From Oscillospiraceae bacterium (GTDB lineage Bacteria; Bacillota; Clostridia; Oscillospirales; UBA929), in the NCBI GenBank assembly GCA_031549605.1, contig JAVBPM010000031.1, forward strand, positions 28,001 through 92,000: a stretch of 64,000 bases of DNA, in the 5' to 3' direction. Positions within the stretch are counted from its first letter, which is position 1; every line of letters starts with the position of its first letter. Under the pieces are notes generated by a model that had not been told where the DNA came from, did not search any database, and was given only the letters and a program-made list of their open reading frames with translations. Made by a program: the position numbers and the translations under genes. This document shows positions 9,898 to 19,235 of the stretch, piece by piece.

Positions 9898-10698
9898 ATG
9901 GACAACCGCCCCATCGGCGTATTTGACTCCGGCCTCGGCGGGCTGACCGCCGTGCGCGCACTGCAACAGGCGGCGCCGCTTGAGCGCGTCGTTTACTTCG
10001 GCGACACCGGCCGCGTGCCCTACGGCGGCCGCTCGGCCGACACCATTACCACCTACACGCGTCAGGCGCTGACCTTTTTGCAGGCGCAGGACGTCAAATT
10101 CATCATCGTCGCCTGCGGCACCGCCAGTGCCGTGGCGCTGCCGCGTCTGACCGACCACCCCGGCGTGCCGCGGCTGGGCGTTGTTGAAGCCGCCGCCGGC
10201 CGCGCCGCCGCCGCCACACAAAACGGCCGTATCGGCATCATCGGAACCGCCGCCACCGTCAACAGCGGCGCCTACGTCACCGCGCTGCACGCGCGCAACG
10301 GTGCGCTGTCGGTCAGCAGTGTCGCCTGTCCGCTGCTTGTGCCACTGGTTGAAAACGGCCGGCTGCACCGCGGCGACATCGTGGTGGAAACCGTTGTGCG
10401 CGAGTATCTGGAGCCGCTCAAGGCACAGCATGTTGACACGCTGATTCTCGGCTGCACCCACTATCCGCTGCTGTCTCAACGCATCGCCGACGAAATGGGC
10501 GCGGACGTCACGCTTGTCGACTCGGGCCGTGAGGCGGCACTGTCAGCACTGGCGGCGCTCAAAACCGCCGAGCAGCTGGCCGACCACAAGCGGCCCGACC
10601 GCTATTACGTCAGCGACAGCGCACCCGGCTTTGCCGCACTGGCTTCGCTTTTTCTTCAAACCGACATCGGCGCGCAGGTACAGACAGTCGTGCTGTAA
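9898..10698 (+). CDS. murI: glutamate racemase
   Basis: IGVFDSGLGGLTAVRAL, IIVACGTAS, LILGCTHYPLL (both catalytic Cys motifs). Confidence 0.9.
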   Translation: MDNRPIGVFDSGLGGLTAVRALQQAAPLERVVYFGDTGRVPYGGRSADTITTYTRQALTFLQAQDVKFIIVACGTASAVALPRLTDHPGVPRLGVVEAAAGRAAAATQNGRIGIIGTAATVNSGAYVTALHARNGALSVSSVACPLLVPLVENGRLHRGDIVVETVVREYLEPLKAQHVDTLILGCTHYPLLSQRIADEMGADVTLVDSGREAALSALAALKTAEQLADHKRPDRYYVSDSAPGFAALASLFLQTDIGAQVQTVVL

Positions 10699-10715
10699 GA
10701 AGCTAGCGCCACGGA

Positions 10716-11978
10716 CTAGTCCGTGGCGCTGATAATATTACCCGTCAGTACAGCGCCATCGTGCCCTTCAATGAGCACCGGCAGGCACTGCCCGCGCCGG
10801 TCAACGCCGTTGTCGTCGACGCAGACCAAACTGTAATTGTCGGCATGGCCCTGCCAGCAGCCGGCCTTGCGTTCTTCAAAAATCACCTGCTGTACGCTAC
10901 CCACACAACCGGCGGCATAGCGGCTTGACGCCTCAGCTGCCGCGGCCGCCGCTCGGGCGGCGCGCTCTTTTTTCACCGCGCGCGTTAACTGACCCGCCAT
11001 CTCGGCCGCCTTGGTGCCGGCGCGGCGCGAATAGGGAAAGATATGCGCGTCAGCAAAGCTGCAGCGGCTAAAAAAGTCCAGCGAAGACGCCCATTCAGCG
11101 TCATCCTCACCGGGAAACCCGACCATAAAATCAGTCGTCACCGCAGCGTCGGGAAAGCTGGCGCGCAGCCGCGCCAGCGCCTGTTGGTATTGCTGCGTGT
11201 TATAGCGCCGCGCCATGCGGGCCAGCGTCGCGTCGCAGCCGCTCTGCAACGGCAAATGAAAATGATGGCACACATTGGGCAACGCCGCCATGGCCGCCAC
11301 CCAGTCGTCGGTCACCACACGCGGCTCCAGCGAACCCAGCCGAAATCGAATGTCGGGCCGCACACGGCACAACGCCGTCAGCAACCCTTTCAGCGGCGGT
11401 CGACCCGGCAAGTCAGCACCCCACGAGGATATTTCAATGCCCGTCACCACCACTTCACGCACACCGGTCAGCGCCTCGACCTGCGCCAGCACGTCGGCCA
11501 GCGGCAGCGACCGCGCCGGACCGCGCGCCGTCGGGATAATGCAATAGCTGCAATGAAAGCTGCACCCGTCCTGCACCTTCAAAAATGCGCGCGTACGGCC
11601 GGCCGCCGACGTCGCGGCAACGCCGGTACAGTCAACCGCCTTGCCCACGGCCAGCTCCAATCTGTCGGGCATCTGCTCTTTATTGTCTGTGCCCAGCACC
11701 ACATCAACGCCCAGCGCCGTCACGGCATTGGCGTCAACCTGCGAAAGGCAGCCCATGACCGCCAGCGTCGCGCCGGGCCGCAGCCGCCGCAACCGCCGAA
11801 TGGCCTGACGGCACTTGGCGTCGCTTATGGCCGTGACCGTGCAGGTGTTGAGCACATAGGCGTCGGCCGGCATGTCCCAGTCGACCTGCCGGTGGCCGCG
11901 CACCGTCAAAACTGTGGCCAACGTCGCCATTTCGGCCTGATTGGCCTTGCAGCCGATAGAATGAAGGGCAAAAAGCAT
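10716..11978 (-). CDS. mtaB: radical-SAM methylthiotransferase (MtaB/MiaB family)
   Basis: N-terminal MTTase domain (GCKANQ...NTCTVT), radical SAM CSFHCSYCIIP, TRAM-like C-terminus. ATG 11978 is preceded by AGGAGA; the ORF track extends to 12002. Confidence 0.8.
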   Translation of the reverse strand: MLFALHSIGCKANQAEMATLATVLTVRGHRQVDWDMPADAYVLNTCTVTAISDAKCRQAIRRLRRLRPGATLAVMGCLSQVDANAVTALGVDVVLGTDNKEQMPDRLELAVGKAVDCTGVAATSAAGRTRAFLKVQDGCSFHCSYCIIPTARGPARSLPLADVLAQVEALTGVREVVVTGIEISSWGADLPGRPPLKGLLTALCRVRPDIRFRLGSLEPRVVTDDWVAAMAALPNVCHHFHLPLQSGCDATLARMARRYNTQQYQQALARLRASFPDAAVTTDFMVGFPGEDDAEWASSLDFFSRCSFADAHIFPYSRRAGTKAAEMAGQLTRAVKKERAARAAAAAAEASSRYAAGCVGSVQQVIFEERKAGCWQGHADNYSLVCVDDNGVDRRGQCLPVLIEGHDGAVLTGNIISATD

Positions 11979-12114
11979 ATTTTTTTCTCCTGAAAGTAGC
12001 AATATTTATCCATTTCGCCGCTTGCCTGCCGCGGCAAAACAGCGTATACTGATAACGTCTACAAATTGTAACGGAAAAAGAGCGCTCTGACAAGAGCAAG
12101 AAAGGAGATTTACT

Positions 12115-12351
12115 ATGAAAGAATTCAACGTGCTGCTCACCTCCATCAACGATGTCAAGCAGTTTGTCAACGCCGCCTGCAGCCAGTCGTGCGACATCGA
12201 CATCGTCAGCGGCCGCTACGTCATCGACGCCAAGAGCATTATGGGTATTTTCAGCGTCGATTTGGCCAAACCCATTAAGGTCGAGGTTCGCGGCTCCGAC
12301 GAGGACGCCAACAGCTTCTACGAAATGGTGAAGCAGTTCCAGCAGGCCTAA
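12115..12351 (+). CDS. HPr-fold small protein (His15-less HPr-like)
   Basis: Aligns by eye with HPr. The Ser46 region AKSIMG is kept, but the His15 position reads SINDV. Confidence 0.7.
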   Translation: MKEFNVLLTSINDVKQFVNAACSQSCDIDIVSGRYVIDAKSIMGIFSVDLAKPIKVEVRGSDEDANSFYEMVKQFQQA

Positions 12352-12502
12352 AGCCAGCAACATCAAAAGCCGCCGAAAGGCGGCTTTTTTCTGCCAAAAA
12401 AGGCATGAACAGCCCAAAATGGAGCGCTATTCCTCGTATCGTTTGTCGGATTTTGCTTAATCTAAGGCCGACAATCTGATTATTTGCAAGGAGTGACCGT
12501 TT

Positions 12503-13636
12503 ATGAAAAAGGGGCTGTTAACCCTTCTGACCATATTGTGCCTGTTTGCCGTAGCCGCGTCGGCGGCGCCGGCACCGCCGACCATCGAAGCGCCGTCGGT
12601 TTGCCTGATTGAAAAAGAAACCGGCACCATTCTCTTTGAAAAAAACGCGCACGAAAAGCTGGCGCCCGCCAGCGTTACCAAGGTCATGACCATGCTGCTG
12701 GTCATGGAGGCCATCGACAGCGGCCGCATTGCCAAGACCGACATGGTCACCATCAGCGCCAGCGCCCAGAGCATGGGCGGCAGCCAGGTTTTTTTGGCCG
12801 AGGGCGAGCAGTACAGCGTCCACGACCTGCTCAAGGGCATGGTTATCGCTTCAGGCAACGACGCGTCGGTGGCGCTGGCCGAGCATATCAGCGGCGCCGA
12901 GAGCACCTTTGTCGCCGCCATGAACGAGCGCGCCAAGCAACTGGGCATGAAGGACACCCATTTTGTCAACTGCTGCGGTCTTGACGCCGACGGCCATGTC
13001 ACCAGTGCCCACGACATTGCACTGATGAGTGCCGAGCTGCTCAACCGCCACCCCGACATCAAAAACTACACCACCATTTGGCAGGACACGCTGCGCGACG
13101 GCACCTTCGGACTGGACAACACCAACAAGCTGGTGCGCTTCTACCCCGGCGCCACCGGCCTGAAAACCGGCTCCACCGGCAAGGCCAAATGCTGTGTGGC
13201 CGGCAGCGCCGAGCGCGACGGCATTGAGTATATTGCCGTTGTCATGGCTGCGCCCACCTCCGACCTGCGCTTTGCCACCGCGCGCACGCTGCTCGACTTT
13301 GCTTTTGCCAACTACGCGCTGGTGCCGACCCAACCCAGCGAGGTGCTGACACCCATTCCCGTGTTGAAAGGATTGCAGGACAACGTGCAACCCATCATCA
13401 AGGGCGACAGCAAGGTGCTGGTGGAAAAAAGCCGGCTGTCCGACGTCAAGGTTGTTGTCGATCTCGTATCCGACGTGCAGGCGCCGGTCGAGCAGGGCCA
13501 AAAGTTGGGCAGCGTCACGGTTGTGCTGGGTGACAAGCCGCTGGCCGAGCACGATATCGTCGCCGCCGACGCTGTCAAGCAAAAGCGCTGGACACACTAC
13601 CTGTACGAACTGCTGCAAAAGGCAGCCATGGCATGA
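12503..13636 (+). CDS. dacB: D-alanyl-D-alanine carboxypeptidase (PBP5-like)
   Basis: Signal peptide. SxxK (SVTKVMT), SGN (ASGNDAS), KTG (LKTGST). Confidence 0.85.
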   Translation: MKKGLLTLLTILCLFAVAASAAPAPPTIEAPSVCLIEKETGTILFEKNAHEKLAPASVTKVMTMLLVMEAIDSGRIAKTDMVTISASAQSMGGSQVFLAEGEQYSVHDLLKGMVIASGNDASVALAEHISGAESTFVAAMNERAKQLGMKDTHFVNCCGLDADGHVTSAHDIALMSAELLNRHPDIKNYTTIWQDTLRDGTFGLDNTNKLVRFYPGATGLKTGSTGKAKCCVAGSAERDGIEYIAVVMAAPTSDLRFATARTLLDFAFANYALVPTQPSEVLTPIPVLKGLQDNVQPIIKGDSKVLVEKSRLSDVKVVVDLVSDVQAPVEQGQKLGSVTVVLGDKPLAEHDIVAADAVKQKRWTHYLYELLQKAAMA

Positions 13637-14283
13637 GCCCCCGCCGGGCAACGGCAGGACCGGTAACGCTGTTGACGCTCGTCCTGTCGTTGACCGCCTG
13701 CCAAGCGTCGCACGGCCCTATCTCCACACGCTCCCCCACCACAACGGCAATTATTACAAATTCAAGCTCGCAACCACCCATTTCAACGCCATCCGCCACA
13801 ACAAACACGCCGGCAAGCCCCACCAACACCCCGCCTGAACGTCACCGCTTTGCCACGCCCATTGTAGACGATCTCGCGGCGCGCACCACCAACCTAAAGT
13901 TGGCCTGCCAAGCGCTTGACGGCCGAGTCGTTGAGCCGGACGCGACGCTGTCCTTCAACGACACCGTCGGTGCGCGCACACCCGAGCGCGGCTACCGGCT
14001 GGCCAAGGTCTATATCGACGGCGAAAAGGTCGACGAATACGGCGGCGGCATCTGTCAGGTGGCCACAACGCTCTACAACGCGGCGCTGGCCGCCGGCTGG
14101 CAGGCTGTCGAGCACCACCCGCACGGCGGCGACAAACCCATTCCCTACGCACAAGACATTGAGGACGCCACCGTCTACTACGGCGAGCTGGACCTCAAGC
14201 TCAAAAACACCGGCGACCACCCCGTCACCCTGCACGCCGCCGTGCGCGACCAAGAGGTCGTCGTCGAGCTGGTACCACAATAA
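13633..14283 (+). CDS. VanW domain protein (lipoprotein-like N-terminus)
   Basis: LTACQ lipobox-like signal, S/T/P-rich linker, VanW core YGGGICQVATTLYNAAL. ATGA overlap with the dac gene. Confidence 0.75.
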   Translation: MSPRRATAGPVTLLTLVLSLTACQASHGPISTRSPTTTAIITNSSSQPPISTPSATTNTPASPTNTPPERHRFATPIVDDLAARTTNLKLACQALDGRVVEPDATLSFNDTVGARTPERGYRLAKVYIDGEKVDEYGGGICQVATTLYNAALAAGWQAVEHHPHGGDKPIPYAQDIEDATVYYGELDLKLKNTGDHPVTLHAAVRDQEVVVELVPQ

Positions 14284-14376
14284 CGCGCAAAAAAGCAGCA
14301 CCGTCCGCATGATTGCGAACGGTGCTGCATCCATTACCATCTGTAATAATTTGTCGAATCGCTACAATGTGAAGCG

Positions 14377-16752
14377 TTATTTCAGCCGTTTGAGCACGCG
14401 CAGCACCAGCACCGACATGTCGTCACGGCTGCCGTTGCGCTGCTGGGCCTGCTCCAAAATCGATGTGGCCAAGTCCTTGCAATCGCCGTCGCCGCTTTTG
14501 GCAATCATCTGCTGCAGCCACTGATCCGACAACGGATCGGCGATGCCGTCGCTGACGATAACCAGCAGGTTGCCGTGACTCGCCTTCATTGTCGTTACGT
14601 CGAGCGACTGCCGTTCTCGCACCGCCACACCGGCCGGCAACGCCGAGCAGGTCACGCGATGCACCTTTTCACCGCGCCGAATGTAGGACGGCGCCGCACC
14701 GTACTTGTAAAATTTGGCCTCACCATTGAGCAGGTCGAGCACCAACATATCGACCGTGACAAACTCGTCGCCATTGTCACCCTTGGCCAGCAGCGCCGAA
14801 TTCACCGTGCGAAGCGCCGTGTCCGGCGCGATGCCGACCCGCAAAAAGTGCTCCAGCAGCCGCACCACCCAGCCTGACTCACGCGCCGCCTTTGCGCCGC
14901 TGCCCATGCCATCCGACAACAGCGCAATCAACCGCCCGTCGGGCAGCTTAAAATAGGTGCCGCTGTCGCCGCTGACCTGCTCGCCCTCCTTTTGGGCCGC
15001 CGCCGATCCGACCTGCACGCGCAACGGCTCACACTGCGTAAACAGTAGCTGCTCGGCGTCATCGGTCACCAGCCGCTCGGGCAAATTCAACGGTACCTCC
15101 AGCGCATCGCTCAACTCCTTGGCCAAGGCGCGGCGATCGTGGTACAGCGACGTGACGTTGCTGTCCTCAATCTCCACCGTCACCCGTTCGCCGCTACGCG
15201 TCACCACCGCGCGCGCCGGCGAATTGCGCTCGGCCAGCAACACGCGCACGCGCTGTTCGGCGCTGGGATAGCGCTCCTGCCCGTGCTCCAGCTGCGCCGA
15301 CATACCCCTAAGCAGCCGCGCCGTCTCGGCGTACTGATGGCTGACCAGTCCACGGTTTTCATTCATGCGGTTGTTGTACCGGCGTCGGTAAAACAGCGAA
15401 ATTGACTCCTCGTTGGCAATATCGATAAACTGGCTAAACGACAGGCAACGAGCCCGAAACCAGTCGGCAAAGTCCTCGCGTTGCACCGTGCGGTGCTTGC
15501 GCAGCGACAGCGCGGCGCCCTGCATGGCGTCGCAGGTGCGCGCAAACTCTTTTTCCCAGCATATGCGCATCAGCGCGCACTGGTGGCACAGTCGCGTCGC
15601 CACGCGGTCAATTACCAGCGCCTCGTCGCTGACCTGCGGCCGTTCCTCGACCTGCCACGCCGCCTCCAACGCCTTGTGCAGCGCCGAATAGGCTGTCGCT
15701 GTCTGGGCCAGCATCTGCGCCGCCCGTTTTTGCAGGCGCAAATCGGGCGTTGTATCGACCTCCGGCACAGCGCGCGCCGTCAACCGCCGGTTCAGCGTAC
15801 CCAAAGCACTGTCAGGAATGAGCATAAACAGCACACTGGCGACAAAGGCCTCTAACAGCACCGAACTGCGCACCATGTTGTTGACCAGCCACAGCGTCGA
15901 TACAGCATGGCTGACAACAAAGACGCTGACCGACCACAGCCGCCCGTTTTCCCGAAAGATGCCGGCCATTAAGCCGCTGACGCCGTAGGCCATACTGAAA
16001 TAGGGCATACCCCACGCCAGATCCATGGCCAACCCAATGCTGACGCCGCCGGCCGCACCGGCACCGGCGCCGCCGCGCAGCGCCATAAACATAACCACCA
16101 TCAGCGCCAGCGTCCGGCCCGGCGACAAAACGCCCATAACCAGCACCGACGAAATTGACAGCAACACGGTGCCAAATAGGATGATATAGCTAATCGAGCG
16201 CTTGAGCACCGATGACGGCCGGCTGTCCTCGGCCACCGAAATACCATCCTGCAACGCAATGCTATAGAAATAGGTGCCCCCGGCCGCCAGCACCAGCTCG
16301 GTGACCAGCACCAGCACCTCCTGCGAGCCGGCCGCATTGGCCATAAAGACAAGCCGCACCACCGCCGTGGCCAACAGTGCCGTGAGCGGCATAAAGTAAC
16401 TTTTTTTCATCAGCGGCGTGTTGGCAAACACAATGGCCGTCACCAGCGTCAGCACCGCCGCCGCCACATAGATAATGCCGTTGGCCGTCTCCCACATCTG
16501 CAAATAGCCCAACAGCACGCCGAGAAAGCCGGCGGCGCCCGTCATGCCAACGCCGGCTGCCGCCACAAACGCCACGCCAAACGGCGCACTGTGGTCAAAC
16601 ACCACGCCGTGCGCCAGGCTGTAGCCAATGCCAAAATACAGCGCCGCCATGGCCGCACGGCGCACACCCGTCTTGGCCGACAGCGCCTTGACCCGTTTCA
16701 GCGCACCGACACCGACACCACCAACCAGCTTTTGAACCGTAGAATCCTTCAC
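14377..16752 (-). CDS. spoIIE: stage II sporulation protein E (PP2C phosphatase, polytopic)
   Basis: About 10 hydrophobic helices, then a C-terminal PP2C domain (LSDGMGSGAKAARES...VSDGI...DDMSVLVLRV). GTG 16752 is preceded by GAAGAGGGGA; the ORF track extends to 16905. Confidence 0.85.
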   Translation of the reverse strand: MKDSTVQKLVGGVGVGALKRVKALSAKTGVRRAAMAALYFGIGYSLAHGVVFDHSAPFGVAFVAAAGVGMTGAAGFLGVLLGYLQMWETANGIIYVAAAVLTLVTAIVFANTPLMKKSYFMPLTALLATAVVRLVFMANAAGSQEVLVLVTELVLAAGGTYFYSIALQDGISVAEDSRPSSVLKRSISYIILFGTVLLSISSVLVMGVLSPGRTLALMVVMFMALRGGAGAGAAGGVSIGLAMDLAWGMPYFSMAYGVSGLMAGIFRENGRLWSVSVFVVSHAVSTLWLVNNMVRSSVLLEAFVASVLFMLIPDSALGTLNRRLTARAVPEVDTTPDLRLQKRAAQMLAQTATAYSALHKALEAAWQVEERPQVSDEALVIDRVATRLCHQCALMRICWEKEFARTCDAMQGAALSLRKHRTVQREDFADWFRARCLSFSQFIDIANEESISLFYRRRYNNRMNENRGLVSHQYAETARLLRGMSAQLEHGQERYPSAEQRVRVLLAERNSPARAVVTRSGERVTVEIEDSNVTSLYHDRRALAKELSDALEVPLNLPERLVTDDAEQLLFTQCEPLRVQVGSAAAQKEGEQVSGDSGTYFKLPDGRLIALLSDGMGSGAKAARESGWVVRLLEHFLRVGIAPDTALRTVNSALLAKGDNGDEFVTVDMLVLDLLNGEAKFYKYGAAPSYIRRGEKVHRVTCSALPAGVAVRERQSLDVTTMKASHGNLLVIVSDGIADPLSDQWLQQMIAKSGDGDCKDLATSILEQAQQRNGSRDDMSVLVLRVLKRLK

Positions 16753-17025
16753 AGTCGTCCCCTCTTCCGTTCGAGCGGCACACCGCCGCAGCAATCCACC
16801 ACAAGTGCAACAGGCAGCGCCTGTCCGTACTTGACAGTATACTGGAATAAATTGGAAGAGCCTGTCAAACCGCGGCGATGTCGAAGAAAAAAGATGACAT
16901 AACAAGATTACAGCGCAACTAAAGCAAAAACACTACGCCGATTTAGTTTACATAAACAGTTTACAAATCAGGTCATCCCACCACTTTACAGCTGCCACCC
17001 GCTGTGCTATACTAACATCCACCAT

Positions 17026-17109
17026 GCGGACGTGGTGGAATGGCAGACACGCTGGATTTAGGTTCCAGTGCCGAAAGGCATAGGGGTTCAAGTCCCCTCG
17101 TCCGCACCA
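17026..17109 (+). tRNA. tRNA-Leu (anticodon UAG), CCA encoded
   Basis: Acceptor GCGGACG/CGTCCGC, anticodon stem CTGGA/TCCAG with loop TTTAGGT, long variable arm TGCCGAAAGGCAT, T-arm GGGGTTCAAGTCCCC. Confidence 0.9.
17084..17109 (+). repeat. attL core (3' end of tRNA-Leu)
   Basis: GGGTTCAAGTCCCCTCGTCCGCACCA, identical to 63840-63865. Confidence 0.85.
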
Positions 17110-17115
17110 ACAGAG

Positions 17116-17150
17116 AAAAGACCGCTACACGACGTGTTGCGGTCTTTTCG
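17116..17150 (+). terminator. rho-independent terminator after tRNA (phage-derived arm)
   Basis: AAAAGACCGC...GCGGTCTTTT long hairpin with an inner ACACG/CGTGT stem, followed by TTTTCGTT. Confidence 0.6.
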
Positions 17151-17239
17151 TTGCGGCACAAACGACTCACGCCTGTTGCGTTCGGAGCAATTTTGCCGTT
17201 ATCGGCAGTGTCAGTTAGCAATAAGTAAAGCACTTTCCA

Positions 17240-17267
17240 CTAAAACGCTAACTAAAACGCTAACTAA
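17240..17267 (+). repeat. tandem 12-bp repeats, putative integrase arm-type sites (P' arm)
   Basis: CTAA + AACGCTAACTAA + AACGCTAACTAA. The same 12-mer pair occurs at 63772-63795. Confidence 0.55.
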
Positions 17268-17528
17268 ATACACTGTTATGCCTTCCCAAAACGCCGTGAG
17301 CATGGCAAGCACACTCGCGGCGTTTTTCGAAAATCATGGTTTTGGAGGTGCACTTCCTCCGTTTCCTAAATATTTGCTAGCGGTCAATACACCCAACAAG
17401 CAGCGGCGTTGTCCGCCGCAGCGCCTTATTCAGAACCGAGGCAATCATTGCGACGTTTGCCGCAGAGGTAACTGTTAAGCAATCGGGATGTTACATTTCT
17501 TTTTGTTTGTCAAACAGCGAGTCTCCCT

Positions 17529-17660
17529 TCAGTTTCCAAAGCTCTCCACCCGCCGCGAGAAATGCATCGAGTTTATCCTTACAAATTGTAACATTGCGAT
17601 ACTCGCTTGTACGCGAGTCTCTTCTGCGCATAAGGCCAGTAGATACCGATTTACATTCAT
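17529..17660 (-). CDS. possible small ORF (43 aa), unknown
   Basis: Hand translation gives MNVNRYLLALCAEETRVQASIAMLQFVRINSMHFSRRVESFGN, preceded by AAGGAAGGAG. Below the ORF-track cutoff and overlapped by plus-strand ORFs. Confidence 0.25.
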   Translation of the reverse strand: MNVNRYLLALCAEETRVQASIAMLQFVRINSMHFSRRVESFGN

Positions 17661-17724
17661 CCGACTCCTTCCTTAATTCTTCAATCAGCAGGCCATCGGT
17701 GCGAATCCGCTAACCAGCTCCAAA

Positions 17725-17757
17725 ATGACCGACCAAACGGTCGGTCATTAATTTTTT
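17725..17757. terminator. bidirectional-looking hairpin terminator
   Basis: ATGACCGACC-aaac-GGTCGGTCAT, flanked by AAAA upstream and TAATTTTTT downstream. Confidence 0.5.
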
Positions 17758-17937
17758 CTCAACTTTTTATCATTATTAGTGTTCGTGTAATTTATCATGG
17801 TGTTTGCTTGTATTTATCTTGGCATAGCTTTAGCGCCCGACGTCAGGGCTAGCACAAGGGCCGCCAACTGCTCGTGTCACTAAATACTGACCTATTCTTC
17901 AACTCTCAATAACTACCCATTTTCTCGACAATAAATC

Positions 17938-17997
17938 AATCAATTGATTATTTACTGACTTTTTTCGACACGAAATTGCATTACATTTATATATAAT
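17938..17997 (+). promoter_or_regulatory. putative operator palindrome and promoter of the four-gene cassette
   Basis: Perfect 12-bp palindrome AATCAATTGATT (17938-17949). TTCGAC (17964-17969), 17 nt, TTATAT/TATAAT (17987-17997). Very AT-rich leader. Confidence 0.25.
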
Positions 17998-18036
17998 CGT
18001 CTTCAGTATTATTATAAAAGAAAGCGAGTTAAGGAT

Positions 18037-18753
18037 ATGAAGTATCTAAGCATTAAGAGAGCGTTCACTTCCGGTCAACTCATGAGGGATGTAATTCGAA
18101 GCAGCCGGGTGCAACTGCTTACCGAATGGCGGCTAGTGCGTCGAGGGCGACTAGATTGCCAAAACGGAATACTGCGCCAAATCGGGGATTATTTTACATC
18201 TCCATTCATCACACAAGAAGCTAGTTTGTGCAACGCCGCCATGGAAGCAGAAAAAGAGTTTTATGCTAGGGTCTCGACAAACGCTCAAGTGTCCGCTACA
18301 ACGTTGTCCCTAGCAATTGAACGAGCATTTTACACACCCACCTATCCGCAATTACCATTGTTAAATACTGCCTGCGCTGACGCGTTCGAAAAAGAGGACA
18401 ACGCATCCGACCGCGAAGCGCAGGGTAGACCTGAAGCGGCCCATATGCACGTTCAATATTATTCACCGATACATACAACTGAAAACCAAGAAATCCTTTT
18501 TGAGAACTATAAATCCCTTCGTGAGCGGTGCCATTTCCTTCAAAGCAAAGAGGCGCGGATTACCATCCTGCGTTGCAATCAACTGCGCGAACTTTTATAC
18601 GCGCGAATTGCAGCTTATTGGCGCGGCGCTTTGCGCGGCGACGAAAATTCTATGCTTGGTCTGCCACCGGTATTTGACATTTCTCCAGTTTTATGCAACC
18701 CGGAGGAAATTTTTTCAAAGCAATTTATTCAGCCAAACGAAGGAGGCAATTAG
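18037..18753 (+). CDS. cassette gene 1: hypothetical soluble helical protein (238 aa)
   Basis: Long ORF in the AT-rich segment and first gene of the coupled operon. No catalytic or binding motif recognised. Confidence 0.7.
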   Translation: MKYLSIKRAFTSGQLMRDVIRSSRVQLLTEWRLVRRGRLDCQNGILRQIGDYFTSPFITQEASLCNAAMEAEKEFYARVSTNAQVSATTLSLAIERAFYTPTYPQLPLLNTACADAFEKEDNASDREAQGRPEAAHMHVQYYSPIHTTENQEILFENYKSLRERCHFLQSKEARITILRCNQLRELLYARIAAYWRGALRGDENSMLGLPPVFDISPVLCNPEEIFSKQFIQPNEGGN

Positions 18754-18755
18754 CA

Positions 18756-19235
18756 ATGCACTATACGTGGCCATTTACCAAGCGAAAGTCCGCATTTCAA
18801 TTTCGCGCACCATTTAACGCCCCTGCCCACAAAATGCACAAACTCAGCAAATCAAAACAACGCGAAATAACAGCTCTCGTAGAGCGCTACGCAGCTAATC
18901 TGCGTAGAAAAGGAGTTGATCCCGGCGTTTGCCTCGTACTGCTCGAAAGCTATGTTGATAAGCTAATTGCCACCGAAAAGCGATCCGTCAACCAAGAGTA
19001 CCGAGGCATTCAAAGTGAAATTGAGCAACGTTACATTCGTCGATACGCAGACTTATCAGAGGCAACGCAGTGTTCAGCACAGCTCGCTCTAGAAATAGAA
19101 AACACTGAGTTCGAGTACCAGTTTATTACGAAACTTTACAAACACCACAATCCGCTCAGTAAGTTGCGAAACGGATTTACTTCTAGCGCCTGCAACGGCA
19201 GAGAAGACGATGGGGGCGATAACGACAATGACTGA
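18756..19235 (+). CDS. cassette gene 2: hypothetical helical protein with acidic tail (159 aa)
   Basis: ATG 18756 lies 2 nt after the gene-1 stop and 9 nt after AGGAGG. Basic N-terminus, coiled-coil-like middle, C-terminal REDDGGDNDND. Confidence 0.7.
   Translation: MHYTWPFTKRKSAFQFRAPFNAPAHKMHKLSKSKQREITALVERYAANLRRKGVDPGVCLVLLESYVDKLIATEKRSVNQEYRGIQSEIEQRYIRRYADLSEATQCSAQLALEIENTEFEYQFITKLYKHHNPLSKLRNGFTSSACNGREDDGGDNDND

Noticed and set aside
17068-17478. 136-aa ORF starting inside the tRNA-Leu gene.
   Set aside because: It overlaps the tRNA, its terminator and the att-arm repeats, and it has no RBS. It is most likely spurious.
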